Positions 1 through 14,189 of a stretch of 64,000 bases of DNA are shown here, piece by piece (positions within the stretch are counted from its first letter, which is position 1; every line of letters begins with the position of its first letter). The position numbers were made by a program, and so were the translations under genes. Origin of the DNA: Phoronis australis (lineage: Eukaryota; Animalia; Phoronida); assembly GCA_002633005.1 (NCBI GenBank), contig NMRA01000466.1, forward strand, positions 224,633 to 288,632. Direction: 5' to 3'. Below the pieces are notes generated by a model. That model saw only the letters and a list, made by a program, of their open reading frames with translations. It was not told where the DNA came from and did not search any database.

Positions 1-870
1 ATCAATATACGTCGTTTGACATGGGCTGGTTTGCTTGTTCAACGACATTGACGGCACTTGTACGGCAAATCAGTCTTGGAATTTTGGCGAGTATCATTTT
101 TGTTTCAACGTGTACAAATGTTTGATTTCAAATTGGCTCTTTCGTCGAATACACTTAGAGTGTCGCTTCAACTTCAGCGTCGGTAATTAGCATTAAGGGT
201 ACGGCAAACCCTTCGATTGGAAACTTGATACGATAGAAAGCTGGCCAGCTGTATGAAGACTGTCATCGTCAACTTACACCAAGGTAGCTGTGTGTTCAGC
301 TCGTTAGACACATAAATCAGGTAGCTCTCCTCGTCTCGTGGTGAAAATTAAATCAACATGTATAGCTAACACCAGCAGGAAAAGAATCGCGCAGCCGCAC
401 AACTGCCCAAATTTGACAGAAATTCTGATTGAAGCTTGAAAATAAAACGGTCTCTTCATGAAATATCCCTGCCTCTTGCTATGAATACTATATTCATTTG
501 AAGGTGTAGCTATTCCCCTTCGGCATTTCCCACATACAAGCTGTTACCCGTGTGAAAACAGGAGTAACATCTAGTCAGATTATAAATCATCAAACGAAAT
601 ATCCCGTCATGCAAAAATTCACCATTTTTCCGAAACAAATTCAATTTATAAACAATAACCACGTTTGTTTGCTTCCAATTTGTCCTATGGGTCCGCAATC
701 TGATGTTACAATCTGTAAAAAAGTCGTTAGCGATTGTTTAATACGCAATGTATGTGCTACATTGCGTTTTTCAAAAATGCGACTTAAACGAAATGGCATC
801 TTTCGATTTGCATTTTGCACTTCTTCTTAGTTCGTGATTGGTCTATTGAAAAGATGTTTGCTGTACTTAC

Positions 871-1010
871 GTAGTGCATAATACTCGCTGGCAAAAGCCC
901 TCCTGCAGCGTTATACGCCCAAGGCATCTCCAATATTCCTGTCCCAACACAGGTGTTAATAATGAGAAAACTTGCCACAAACCAGCTAATTCCACTTTTG
1001 TTCGGGATTC
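871..1010 (-). CDS. SLC38A7: Internal coding exon of an SLC38-family amino-acid transporter (SLC38A7/SNAT7-like, TM1 region); gene continues off the left edge
   Basis: Translates GIPNKSGISWFVASFLIINTCVGTGILEMPWAYNAAGGLLPASIMHY, fitting the Aa_trans TM1 motif (N...GxGxLxxPxAxxxAGG). Acceptor TTCTCAG ends at 1011 and donor GTAAGT starts at 870. Paralog assignment is tentative. Confidence 0.75.
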
Positions 1011-1691
1011 CTGAGAACACAAACGATTTAATAATGAGTAACTCACAAAAAACAGAACACGAAAAATTCTATATTGTGCTATACAATTTAGTTGAGTGTC
1101 AAGTCAAAGAATTGAGGCCCGTTACAGGGAAGCTATATTCTATATTCGGAAGAGCAGTTGTTTGGTATAATATATGTGTTGATCAATTAAACTAAATTTT
1201 CATTTTGATTTTTTCAGTTAGAAGTTTTGCCAACCTTAAGGCCAGATGTACTAGCGTAGTCACGGGGAGGATGCAACGCAGGAATGTAAATATGTCCTTG
1301 CAATAGACATGCATCTTCAAAAAACATAAACTAGTACGACTACCTTAGTTACGCTTATTGCCAACCGGTCTTGACCAATGCTTCCACCTCATGGCCTACT
1401 TTACTTAACACACGACTCTTTAATGAACAAATTCGGGTTTTTGCACAAACGTGAAAAATACGACAGTAATGCAATCAAGAATACTTCACAGAGAAAATTT
1501 CTTTATATTGCCCATAGCTAATGCTCTTCGTGAACCGCTAGAACTTAGATGGGAAGGTAGCTGAGACAGTTTCATTGAGCAAACAACTACAATTCTCAAG
1601 CAAACCGTATTCCGTAGATAAAGCCAGGCTGACCCAGACTTAGAAACATGCATATACGACTACTGCATTACTAGACTTCATTCGGTCTGCC

Positions 1692-1882
1692 TCACGGCTA
1701 GCCAGGCAGGATCGTAAACGGAAGGCATGAGAGAGAAATCAGTCATGTTCTTCTCATGTTTACTCTCGGGGTAGAATTACGCTTACCTTCGGGTAGGTTA
1801 ACGCCTTCCCCATACTTTCCTCGCGCCTCTCTCACGCTTACCTCACGTTTTCTTCACGCCTTCGGTAGCTGTGTTAACCGTG
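1692..1882. repeat. Degenerate small inverted-repeat element (MITE-like)
   Basis: Left TCACGGCTAGC and right GTTAACCGTGA are imperfect inverted ends; internal (C)TCACGC(C/T)T repeats. Confidence 0.3.
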
Positions 1883-4800
1883 ATTGTACGTCGGGCTAAT
1901 AAAATGACATCTAGATCTGCAGGTACAGGTTTGTTTGGTGTACTTTTCGAGTAATACGTTGGTTTGGATGGTTTCCGACTAGCTCCGTAATTTCACGTAC
2001 TGGTCATACAAACGTCCTAATTTAACTCGTGTGGCGTAAATTTATGTTGTCCAATGGGGATATTCGGAAAAATTACATTTAACTAAAGAGCGAGCGTGTA
2101 CTAGAGTGGTGATAGATTAACAGCCTCGATTTCGCGGGCCCTTTAATTATATGGTGAAATGGCTTGTAGCCGTGCCAACTGAATCAGAGACTGCATGAAA
2201 AGGGTGCTTCTATGAGAGTAAGTAAGCACGACTTTATACAAAAGTAAGGTTTGCGATTATTTTAACGATTATTCCACGTTTATTCTTCTGATGCCTGTTA
2301 ACTGAGGTACTCGCCGATGTCGACTTCGCGGCAGTCGCCAGTCGGGTTAATCTTTGTTTGTTGTGATGCGTGTTACGATACTTGACGTAGCACTCGAGAT
2401 CTTCGTACATCAAAGTAGTAATATTGTTTGGAATGATTTTTAACAGGTTTATCAATGACAGTTACATCAATGAATGCTGAATGTTTATGCTGTTAACTCG
2501 ATATTGGTTAGTGAGTTAAGATTACAATCCAAGCCCAATGCCATGGCAAAGGGTACGTGACAAATATCCATTAGACTATTTGTTTACTCCCTATCCTATG
2601 TCTTCCGGAAATCTATATACAGATTGAAATGGAAGTCTATCATGTCTGTTTTCACGTGACCTTTGGTTTATAGGTTTGAGGGCTTGTACTGTGCATATGA
2701 GATATGCATCGCTTCTGCACCGTCCCTGAATGGACAAAAATTGGTTTTAAGCAGATGACTGCAGCTAATCAGCAAGATCTTCCTATCCAGTGCTGAGCTG
2801 TTGTCAAAGCCTACTTTCTGTATTGGAGACAACGAACAAAGCCTTTAAAAAGGAACACCTATTTTTAAAGAAATGTATATAAGTCGTCTTGTTAATTTAC
2901 TTATTAAGGTTCTTAACGAGGGATTGGCACAGGGAGTTAGGGTTGTAAAATTTGGTGCAGCTGAATGTGTGGAAATAACAGTTAATAGTGTCTGGGGGAA
3001 ATAGCATGGTGAGGTAACTCTTAACCTTCAAGAAATTCCTTCAAGTTTATTTCATGAAACTGTTTTGCTATCAATTGTAAACCCATAAAAATATATTACA
3101 TTTTCTGAATTCTCAGTGACTGAATAGTCTTAACTCATACCTTGAAATGTTGCAATTCGTTTATAAATTCAAAAGACTGTTATTTTTTGTGAACATTGCA
3201 TTTTTGATGGTGCCTCACGATTTGTAATTACTCTTAAACAACAGAAAGACTATCCATCATTTTAAATGACCTAAGTCTTCATATCTTATATTAGAAGAAA
3301 AATAAAAAGTCTTGAGAAACGGTTCCCTCAGCCTTAGACTAGAAGTACGCTTGACTGACCCATGAATCTGTAATCAGAGTTTAAAATTGCTGAAAGTATC
3401 AAAAATTATAAGGCTTGAAAATGGGTAATAAAGGTTTGAAGTTGTCTCAAGTAACTTGCATATTTTGCAGACAAGTGATGCGTTATTGTTATGGCTATGA
3501 ATGAAAAATAATGACGAAATTTTATACAGTTTTTGTACAAAAATTGCAGAGCGGTCACCACATCATATTTTTGAAAAACAGGAGTAGCATTTTTGACCCA
3601 ACCTGGAGTACTTAATTATTCATATTTCAATAATTGTTCCAGGTTCAGTGACATTTTAAGGCCACTTCAAGCCGCAACATAGACAAACTTTGTTACTCCT
3701 TTCTCTTCCCAAAGAATTCCCACACACCAACAGTGCTGCATGGCACAATGTACAAGTCAGTGGCCCTGGAGAAACGTGAATCGCAGTACGAAGTTACCAT
3801 ATGACAACGCGCCAGTACATTGCCTGTGTATGAAGAGGAACTATATCTGACTGCTACACAAGTCAGCCTCGTTGGTGAGGATGCCCTTTCATAGGCAATA
3901 AGTCATGTGTGGACAGTAGCTTATTTCCTTTCTTGGAAGAAACATGAAGGATTGAAGCTAAGAAGACCTAGTGACACTCTGGTCTAGTTTAGGGTTAGAT
4001 TTTGGGCACAAAACGAGTCAAGTGATATGCTGTTGTGTTTACCTACAAGGATCTAATTGTGGATGTTATTGGGCTGAATGAGGTTACATGAAGGAAAACC
4101 ACGTGCCGAAACTGGACCTTTTTTACAAGCGCTTCTATAGGCCATTGTAACTAGGTCCCTGTGAAATGAAAACCAAAAGATCTGGTATAAATACCTGTCC
4201 TTTCTCACTGACTGACATTAACTTTTCCTCTCAGAAGAAAGGCTTCATTCTAATGGTAAAACATTTTCAATTTGGTAATGACATTCAGTGACTGCATTGA
4301 TTGTCTTGTCAGTAGAAAGTCCGTTACTGTTACACTTTGATGATCGAATAATTTTTCATCAGGAGGCAAGTTTGTCACTTATTATTGAAACCACAATATT
4401 TCCTCAGTTTTAAAGCCCCATACAGTGCAGTTGTGCTTATTCTTTATAAATCTGAAATGATAACCGATTACGCTTGCGAATTGCCATTTTCCTGTTGACC
4501 TCTAGAAATGTGCAGCGATCAAAATAAAGTATTGACCCTTTGTTTGTATTTGATTTGTTTGTGTGTGTAATTATTTTTAGAGCTTTCTTAAGAAGGCCTT
4601 TGAACAATTTAAGGTTTGGTGTTAACTTGTCCGCAACAAAAGTTCCACATGCAAGAAAAGTATGTTTTCAATTGTAGTTAGCTGGATAAGAATCTGCTGT
4701 GCACAAGATTCGCTAATAAACAATTATCAATGTATTTAAAAAACAAAATGTCAAACTGAACAACGACATACATACAAAGAAACAACATTGTTAAAAACAA

Positions 4801-5513
4801 TTGTAATTTTCCCACGCAACGGAGTCCATGATCAGGCATATCAAGGGCTGAATTTCTGAATTAGGTTCAATTCTCTCAGGTTATTGCTGAAGGATTGCTT
4901 TTCACTTTGTCCAAAGGTAAAATTGACGGTTAGGCGGCTGGTTTCACTCGTTTTCTCTCACCTGTTACAGAATAGCCAAAGAAATATCAGCAAATTATAA
5001 AAGAAAATACAAGACAAAACTACTTTAGTAAGGCAGAACATACTTGACGTTTCATCTTCATGTTTATATGTAGAAACTAATAATCTTTGCACCCAAGTCT
5101 TATTTAAGTTCTCAATTAAAATATGTGAAACAGGCTAAAAGTGATTTAAAAATGTATGTTTTTCACGACACCTAAAATGTGCTTCTGACCTCAACAAGTA
5201 AAATTCATTCTAGGTGTCAATTTTTATTCCAATGCTTATTCATATTAATTCGGTAACTAATCTGGTAGTCCTGGGGGTGGGGTCCGCTATAAAATAAGGA
5301 ATCTCACTCATCTAGAGAATTTTATTGGACATAGCATAGCTTTGAAGAGAAACCGCTGTGAAAAATTCACCCTTGACTTCTGAGCGTCACGTACCATACA
5401 CCTCTTATATAGGGTGCATTCCCACCCAGGACAACATGTGCTGCTAGCCTACCGTCATCCGAGTCCCGGGTGAGTTGCCGAAAAGAAACACCTAGTTCCA
5501 TTCAATAAGCCCG

Positions 5514-5770
5514 TTATTCAATGGGGTAACTGGTTGGGATAACATCACCAAACGATGTCGATAGAAACTTGATTCCTAAAAACTTACCAAGTAACGTTAT
5601 GTAGTCTCCCAATGGGGCTTCGGCATCCACATACTTTTTGTCAGTTGGTTGAACCTTTTGATCGCAATTCTCCACGAATGTAGTAACCTTAGGCCTTTTG
5701 GGAATTTGTGACCACCTGTCGAACGCTTGCACCAGGGAATATAGCAATAATAAGGCTTAGCCCGACGACG
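5514..5770 (-). pseudogene. THAP zinc-finger remnant (transposon-derived)
   Basis: YCYIPWCKRSTGGHKFPKGLRLLHSWRIAIKRFNQLTKSMWMPKPH shows the THAP CxxPxC...HKFPK...W...IKR...WxP pattern; frameshifted, with an AVPT-like DVIPT in the neighbouring frame. Confidence 0.6.
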
Positions 5771-7539
5771 TATTTTGACAACAATCCGTCTTTTTACCAG
5801 CTGTTTACATGCAGACAGCGACGCGTGCGCAATTCGATCACTACTAGTGCAGCAGCGACACCACGAGGAGAATTCTCCAAATAGCCCCATTGATGACTCC
5901 AAAGCCTGTCCCATCAACGACTCAACAGTGGATAGTAAAACGAACAAACGAGAGCATCTACACGCGTTCACAGTCATGTTTACATGGGCGTGCAGTCCGT
6001 GAAACTAGTCACAGCTGGATATTAAGTCACTTCATGAAGCAGGCTCCGGGGCTTTACTTCTCACTTGTAAATATTTGTAATCAAATAGATGTTGCAATGT
6101 TATGCAGTTACCGACGAATAAAAATATAAAATCAGCATTCTGTAGCACACCCTTGAGAAAGAGCGCATCGCTCGATACGTGGGGATATTTTAATATATTT
6201 TAGTACCGACGCTCGTCATTAGTTTTACTAGTTTTACTATTTTGTATATATTTGTTTTGGAAGTAAACATATGTAGAGAATCCTACACGAGTCCCAGGTA
6301 TAAGACATGGGAAAAACCTCTTGGAAATTTCACCGAAATCCCGAGGCTTGCAAGCACATGTATCAAAATGCTTTGAAGTAGGCCTATTTTAGGTCGAATT
6401 AAGACGTGAGTCAGAAATTTTGGTCTTTCGCTCCACTCCGAAAAAATAAGGCAGTTTAAAGTGGTTACCAGAATCAGTTGATCAAGCTGAATTTTTTGAG
6501 TGATCCTCGTACTCCCACATACACCAGACCGAACCTGCCAGACGGCCATTTCCAAGCACGAGGATACCCATTTATAACTGTGATTGAGAAATGCTCTTTT
6601 ATACAAGAATTGGCCTAATAAAAAATGTTTCCCGCAAAACTGTTCTCAAATTGTATGCCTTAACGTGAATGGACCAATGAAGAACAATTTAGTCATAACA
6701 AACCTTCTTGGTAGTGGGTCGAGAAAAACCCAAATTAATGAAATCTTCCTAACGGTTTATAGATGTAATTATTGGGTACTGTTCACTAATAGAAAGAAAA
6801 CTACATATAACGTGTTACGGCACTGTTAGCCAGAGTCAGTTAAACTTCATGTAAAACGGTCAGAATAGTTGAAGAAACTCTCAGTGTGCTGTCCAGTGTC
6901 AAACTGAAGTCAGATATAGGCGGTGGGTACTTTAAGGAGGCGATTTTATTTTGGTGTTTTTCAATTCATTTACTAGAGCGTTTGCAAAATCTTAAAAGTT
7001 CTCACATATAAAATTGTACATTTTTGAGAAATTTGAGTTTGAAGTAGCATAATAACCACCACAGAGCTTAGAGAACTTATATTTGTAAAAACAACAGTTT
7101 TTGCTGTTTTTTTAAACAAGTAATATGGTCCCATCGATGTCATTGTATTGAACATTAATTAATACACTCACTTTACATGTTTTACTACTGTAGACTAATT
7201 GTAAACCCTGAAATTTAAAAAAAATGTAAAGTGACACCTAGTGGCACAAATGCAAACTAAGCTTGAATGTCACCAGGGGGTTATTCTGACATTGTCTGGC
7301 AACAAAAATAACACAAAACACTTGAGACTGGGCAAAATTTGTGCCTCAACCATTGACTAATGGTGTAAAATAAAGCTTGTTTGCATAATACACCAGAAAT
7401 ACGTTATAGTATGGGCACACAGACTGTATGAAAATAATAGATTATTCTGACAGCGTTTAGCAAGCAGTATGAGACAAATACATGACAATGGTCAAAGTAT
7501 GTAATATTTGTGACTTAATCAAGAAATAAAATTCACTTT

Positions 7540-8330
7540 TTAATACAAAACACACACGAAATAATGGGGTTGGAGGTCTATTTGGGGTTGTCTTGTCAAA
7601 GAACTATCCAATGTTATGCAGTCGGTATTTCTGATGTTACTACAGTTGTCACAGCTGCATATTTCTATATAGTGTGACCCAGCATTGCAGCACCAACTCA
7701 GTTTCCCAGCACAAATGTTCTTTTTGCACTTGCAGCTTTCATCATTTCGTATTGTCAATGGAGCCGCGGGCATTGCCATACATTTTGACTGCAAAACTCC
7801 ACCGCCAATGAGCCAACTATGGTCGATTAGAGAGGGTACAGCACTGCACACTGGTGATTGGCCCTCATGTAATGAAGGGTCAAACACTCAGTCCTTGTTT
7901 GGAGGCTGGCAGGATTTGGGCAAACGTTTGATTCAAAATATGTTATAAGGAGCTGTGTTAATTAGAGTCAGCAAGTGAATTATTGAACACTAGCCTCAAT
8001 TCACTTTCATATCTCTTAGTCGGGCACAAACTACAATAGTGAGTAGCTTTAACAGCCGTTTCTTAAGATTGCCTGTCCAAATAACTTCATGCACACCACC
8101 TTTCTGAAAAACAGCTTCAAAGTTTTGCTTTAGTTTTGAAAGGCAAATGACATCTCCATGTGTTAGAAGCTTTGATTCATTGAACTCGAAACAAAACTGC
8201 AGAAAAACATCTCTGAAAACTGCGGATTTGTCACTCTTCACAATCTTTTTCTTTCTATTTTTATAGCATGATGATCTCTGGTACTTGGCTTCTAAGACTC
8301 AAGGTCTTTATCTTTGAATTTCATTTGCAC
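7540..8330 (-). mobile_element. Internally deleted Academ-type DNA transposase remnant
   Basis: N-terminal piece near 8300 (LEAKYQRSSCY, cf. AEAKYHxxCY) and ORF 7996-8241 (...LKKRLLK) are joined to the C-terminal HSW...PAAP...CKCKKNIC...CC...CSCDNCSN CXC-like tail. The catalytic core is missing. Confidence 0.6.
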
Positions 8331-9159
8331 ATTCAAGGCTCTGGACTGAGTTGTTGCTTGCGATACAAGTCCAAATGAAAAAAACCTGAACTCTTAACTC
8401 TAATCTAACATTTAACTATGAGTGAGTTGGCAAGCAACCAGCCTAACAAATTTACCTGCCCTCTGATCTGTCGCCTAAAATGTTGATCGTCTAATAATTA
8501 GATTAGTTGATGCAACTCAAAATAAACCAGCTGATATACCAGTGCAGGGATTGAAATCTAATTTTTAAAATCAGATGTCATACCATAGTCAATCGATTTA
8601 CATTTAACTTAACCAACGTTTGACGAAATGGCAAGAGGCTTCCACTGTCCTCAAATTACGACGGGGACGCTGGCCACTTAGGCACTTTAATTCAATTATC
8701 ATGGCAGCTACCTAAGTAATTATTGTTACAAAAAATTTAGAAGAGGTTCCCCGTATCCCAGGATACGGCAGAGGAAGACGGCCACTTGGGCATCTTGATT
8801 GCAACCATCTACTCCATTTAACCTTTTCAAACATTTTTGACTTAAAGTGCTTAAAATCACACCCACAGTATAACGCCATATGATTATATCCTGGCGCAAG
8901 CAGTGTCGATGTGGCAACTGAACAAGGGTGTATTCGAAAAACAGGATTACCAGTATTTGTTTAAACTGGGAACAAATTAAAACATTAAAGGAGAATGCCA
9001 CCCAATTTAATAAGTCTTTTTTACAGTCTTAATCGGTCTATATACACATCGCCTCTTATACGGTCGACCTCACCTTGCCGTGAGGTGTCGCGTTAACTTT
9101 GAGGAAGGTGAGAAACGATGCAGGGACGTCAGTGGTTCGTCTGCAGTGAATGTCGCTAT

Positions 9160-9420
9160 ATTACGGTGCATCGTTCCAGCTTGTCCTCACTATGAAGCTG
9201 TGAAGAAAGCGGGTATATCGTTTTTTCGACTTCCTCGAGAGCCCGAAATGCTCACTGGGAAGTGGCTTGCGGTAGTTAAGAATGAAAGGTATGCTGTTAA
9301 AAGCAAGTATGAGGCCGTGAAACATCTTCGTGTCTGTGTCCGGCATTTCGTCGACAGCGATTTCTCTAACGAATTCCGGCTTACCAAAGAACTATCTATA
9401 CCTTCCGTTGCCTATGCTTG
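9160..9420 (+). pseudogene. THAP domain remnant (transposon-derived)
   Basis: RCIVPACPHYEAVKKAGISFFRLPREPEMLTGKWLAVVK...LRVCVRHFVDSDF...SIPSV has a full C2CH THAP signature; no transposase continuation seen. Confidence 0.75.
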
Positions 9421-11532
9421 TTCACGGCGCCTCTTTAGTATTTCTTGAACAGTGTATTCCGGTTCTAACTGACACGTGAAGTCTTCGTCGGATGAGCTCT
9501 AGCTTGACTAAGTCGGGATTGGCGCCGGGCGAGTTGCCATGTAGACGTTTATTATTCTGCGTTCTGTTTCAAAATGAATTACTCTCATCATAAAATCATC
9601 CTAACCAATGCTTATATGAAACTGAAACAAAGGCTGTCTCATTAAATACAATTTGTAATGCCTTGGAGTGCTCGTGAGTGCAAATGTTTTGAGAAGCCAG
9701 CAATGAATAAACCACTGTGTTACCGGCTTTTGATGCTGGCAACAAAGATAATTGACCAGGCACTGAGGCCGTGGGAGCTCATGCTAATTCAGCGTTTACT
9801 GACAGAAAGCTGTTGTGAATTAACTACTCGACTTTATATGCTATGGTCACATGTTAGGGGAATCTTTATTTGGAAATACAAATACATTAATCAAATCATT
9901 GTTACCGTACAACCTTTGCCCTGACGGTCTGTGGAAGGACAACCCGACTCTGCGATCCCCGACAAATAAGTAGATTTTCAATTTCGTAGCTAATTAACAT
10001 AAATAATTACGTGCACGTTATTCCTTTGGCTCAGTATTATGATCTTTTTGTGACTGGAGGTTTAGTTTCCAACTCAAGCTGGTTTATGTTCGTGCCAGTT
10101 CTGGCGGCCGCGACAGGCCTGATCGGGTTCCGAGCCACTGGCCGTGATAACAAGCGTTTTGTGTGTTTAGAACTAAAAAATCACAAGTATTAATAACACG
10201 GATCTAGGTTCTCCTGTCTGTATTTCAGGGAAGAATACTTCGAATTTATTTCCGAACAGACTCCAAACTCTTGCTTCGTTCCTTGGAGAATTGGCCTGCC
10301 GAACTTTGTAGGCTACGGTGGGTCCAAATACCAGTAAATCCGTAACAGCGAAATCGAACAACACCTTTTTTACGAACCCAATGTATTTTCAAAGATTTTA
10401 CATCGGAGTTTGATGATTTATTGGTGTTAAACGATGAATTCAAGCGATAAGCTGACACCACTAACCCGTGTTGTGAACTGCTGAACAGACTGCCTGTGAA
10501 ACCAATTACGTCATTGGATGATTTCGACACCTCCGTTTGTCGTCAGTTGTCAGTTATCGAGTAGAACTACTCGATCTAAATTGATACAAAATTGGTTGTA
10601 TTTTGGACGGCCTTCTCCTTTAACGGCCTCCACTGAGGCATCTCTCTACGCGGTACTTCTAAGCTTATAGCAACATGACTTATGGTTAAACCAGTGTGAT
10701 GCATAATTTGCTGAAAAGCATCCGGCATATGGAGTACCTATGGTATGATCACCATCTCTACTGGGTCAGAGGTATTTTCTAAGGCCTAGGCAGCCAAGGC
10801 ACTGAACAAATTAAAAAAAAACAACTGGTGATAATACTTAAACACGCATGGAAAACACCAAGATGTACCTTTCAAAAACACTTACCTGTTTTTCAAAGCT
10901 ATAGAGTTGTTACTTCTTTTTCTTTCTTGAAATGTGATCCATAATATACTTTTCCTGCTAACAAATGATGCACTCGTGTTTCAGAATGTTCCTATCTTGT
11001 TCAGGTTAATTGGGTGTTTCAGATTTTGGAAGTCTAATTGATTTTCTTGGGAAATTTTGGGTTACATCTGTATCACTTTCAGCAGCTTCAGCATTAGTAC
11101 TACTGATAGTGTCTTGAAACGTTGCTATGCCTTTCTATGTCATTTCAGTTTTTGGTCAGACACTTGGTCATCTACAGCAGTATACTGCATAGGCTATAGC
11201 AGGACATGCAACTGTTTTCTGCACAAACGTTTGACACCTCTTCTTCTTTTTGAGCTACTGATCTGCAGAGTTCCACAGTCCATCAGCTTTCGTCAGGATG
11301 CTTCTCTAACGTTATTCAGGTTCTGGCATCACATTTTTGTGCTTTTTTATAAAGCTTGAATTATACAGGCATCTCACTCCATGGGAGCTGCCATATTGAA
11401 GAAACTAAGCACAACAATACAATCTGGCTCTCTGATTGGTCAATTCAATAGAAACGCGCCACTAAGTGGCAGGAATGTGCACAATATTTCGTGCAACAAA
11501 ACACGTTTTTAAAAAATATGCAAGGGTAAACG

Positions 11533-14189
11533 CCTTTACAAAAATGAACTTAAATTTTTCGCTGTAAACTTAAGTTTTTGGCGAAAAAATTTGAAAATAA
11601 CTTAAGGTTTAGAGGAAAAACTTAAGTTCTTCCGAAAAACCTAAGTTTTTAAAAGAAACTTAAGTTTTTAAAACTTAAGTTTTTCGCCAAAAACTTTCAG
11701 CACAATGTTAAGTTTTTCAGTGAACTTAAGTTTTTCAGAAAACTTAAAATTTTCTAGGTGTAAAACTTAAGTTTTCACAAATAAACTTTCAGTAATAAGT
11801 AAGTTTCAAGTAATAAATTAAGTTTTCATGAAAACTTAATTTTTTTGTACTAACAAAACTTAACTTTGTTCTGATAACTTAAGTTCATCACAAAACTTAA
11901 GTTTTTGTAATTTTAAAAACTTAAGCTTTCCTGACTTCTTAAGTTTTTCGCAAACTTTAGTTTTTCCACTTATAGAAACTTAAGTTTTCCTGACTTCTTA
12001 AGTTTTTCAGAAAACTGGAGTTTTTTCAATTGTGGAAAACTTGAAATTTATAAAAACTCTAAGGTATCTATGTGATGAAAATTTACGTTTTCAAGTTTTT
12101 AAAATTTGAATATTGTGAGACATTTAATTTTTGGTTCGAAAATTTTCCCATTCCAACAAAAAATTATTGTTTGCTCATGCAAAACCCATCATCTCATAAA
12201 AATGTTGCCCGAATATTTCCTTAACATTTATATAGATACTAACCATAAAACGACGAACGTTTAACCAGTACAGAATTAGTGCAATTACGTAATCATTATC
12301 GCAGGTCTTTGTGAATTTAAATGTAGACGAACATCCGGTGACCAACAGCAGTAAGAATGCACCCAATGTTCATCCCCTGAGACACTGACCAGGTCAGTAC
12401 ACTGTAATCAATAGAACTCATGCAATTCTTTAAAAAACGTAGTTATTGTGCAAGTTTCCTTTGTGTTGAGTTGTATTCGTAGGGCAGTTTCCACCGGAAT
12501 TCAACTGTTTGAATTTTATAACCGACAGTCAACTTCGAAGAAAAGTCGTGTGTCGGCTAGCCCGCGACAATGAAGTTTATATTACAACGAGCCACAACCG
12601 GTGCTGTGATTTCCAACAAACGTGTTAAGGTAGGTGTATACACTGATCAAATCTCCAGGTTCCTAACTAAAATGAGTAAAAAGGGAGTTTTAACTAGTTA
12701 GACATGATTCTGAAAGTGACAAAAATCGAAAAAAAATGTTTTTTTGTGGTTCGTTTTTTTAAAAAATCGTATTTTTTAATTTTCAACAAATCCAATTTTA
12801 CCTCGAATTTTTTTTCAAAATGCACAGGGATCATCATCAACTATTTCCTTACGCAATATTCTACTCATCCATACCAAATATATGTACAAAATCATTATGA
12901 TCTTGATTTTGTGGCATTTTTTGTGTGTGAGTTGGGGCAAGCACGCCACTTTTTGTCATTTGGTCACTTTCCGTCTAATAACTAAAAATCTGGTCCATTT
13001 ATCAAAAAACCCTGGCACGCNTGAAAGGCCCTATAGATATGTGTATGAAGTTCAGTAGCTTTAAATTAAAGGAAAAAGAATATTTTTGTGGTCAAAGGTC
13101 TAAGTTTTCTAATTTCCATCTCGTATAACCAGGTTGTACTTAGGGTTACTTTTAGTGAAACTTGTTCGCGCCATGGAGTGTATTGGATTTACTGTTATTA
13201 TGATTGTCAACAAAACGAAACTTTGACTTTTAAATCGCTATCTTTAAGGTTGAAAACAACGATATGTGATTCTAGGCACTATTTATAGCAAAACGATTAT
13301 ACTTAATAAAATCAGATTTGTGGCCATTGTCGATAAACTTTTAGTTACCTGTTACGTTTTATGTTATGCTTTTGTCTCTGTGGATATTCTTGGACTTTGC
13401 ATATTAATTGATTTGTTATTCTTGGTGTCATTGCTGTAAATTTAGTTGAAAAAGTCTGTGCTGTTGAAAGGTAGACTTTTGTTGTAGTCCTTCCTGGCTA
13501 TGTAATCACATATCCTTTGGTTGCGTTTCATGATTTGGTAGTGATTTCTCTGTTTGTACATTCCATTTTGCTCCCTCAGTTATCGGATAATTGTCATAGA
13601 CTGAGAACGATGCAAATATGAATATATTATTAGCCTCATTTAGTTTTCACTGCATTGTATGCATGACACTTGATGAACTGATTTTTGAAATGTTTCTGGT
13701 TTTTAAGATTTTGATATTTCACTTATGTTCACTAATTTTAAGGAGCTAGTGTATCTTTTAGGAATTCCATTTTATTTCCTGCAATTAATCACTGTTAAGG
13801 AAATGTTAATAGAACTCTAGTTTGTTAAATCTTATTAGAATCATTAAATTTGTTACTGCACTCCACTCTTGTTTTAGTGAAAATCGAAATTTTTGAATGC
13901 CTGTCTTATTGAAACTTATTGCTTTTAGAAAACTTCAGTTTTCAAAAGTTAGTTCCTTGAAAACTTATGTTCGAAAAACTTAGTTTTCAAAAACTTAAGT
14001 TTTGATGACTTATGTTTGTCACTAAAAACTTGTTCCAAAAACTTTCTGAAACTTACGTTTTCCAAAAAATTAAGTACTTTGGAACAAGTTTTTTGGAACG
14101 AACTTAATTTTTTATAACTTAAGTTTTCAGAAAACTTAAGTTTTCGAAAAACTTTTTTCGATGAAAACGTAAGTTCATTTTTGTAAGGG
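11533..14189. mobile_element. Non-autonomous CMC/EnSpm-like DNA transposon (~2.66 kb)
   Basis: TIRs CC(T/C)TTACAAAAATGAACTTA at both ends, 2-bp CG duplication (11531-32 and 14190-91), dense subterminal palindromic AAAACTTAAGTTTT repeats at both ends. Contains an N at 13021. Confidence 0.75.

Noticed and set aside
250-720. Further SLC38 exons downstream of 871
   Set aside because: Candidate frames after the AG near 713 or around 430 do not resemble TM2 and hit stops; the next exon probably lies outside the window.
10173-10530. Possible Myb/SANT-like TE accessory gene remnant on the minus strand
   Set aside because: Only vague Trp spacing across a frameshift; not supportable without a profile search.
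11545-12090. Regularly recurring AAAACTTAAGTTTT repeats as a CRISPR-like array
   Set aside because: Repeats are short and irregularly spaced without unique spacers, there are no cas genes, the context is eukaryotic, and they are explained as subterminal repeats of a TIR element.
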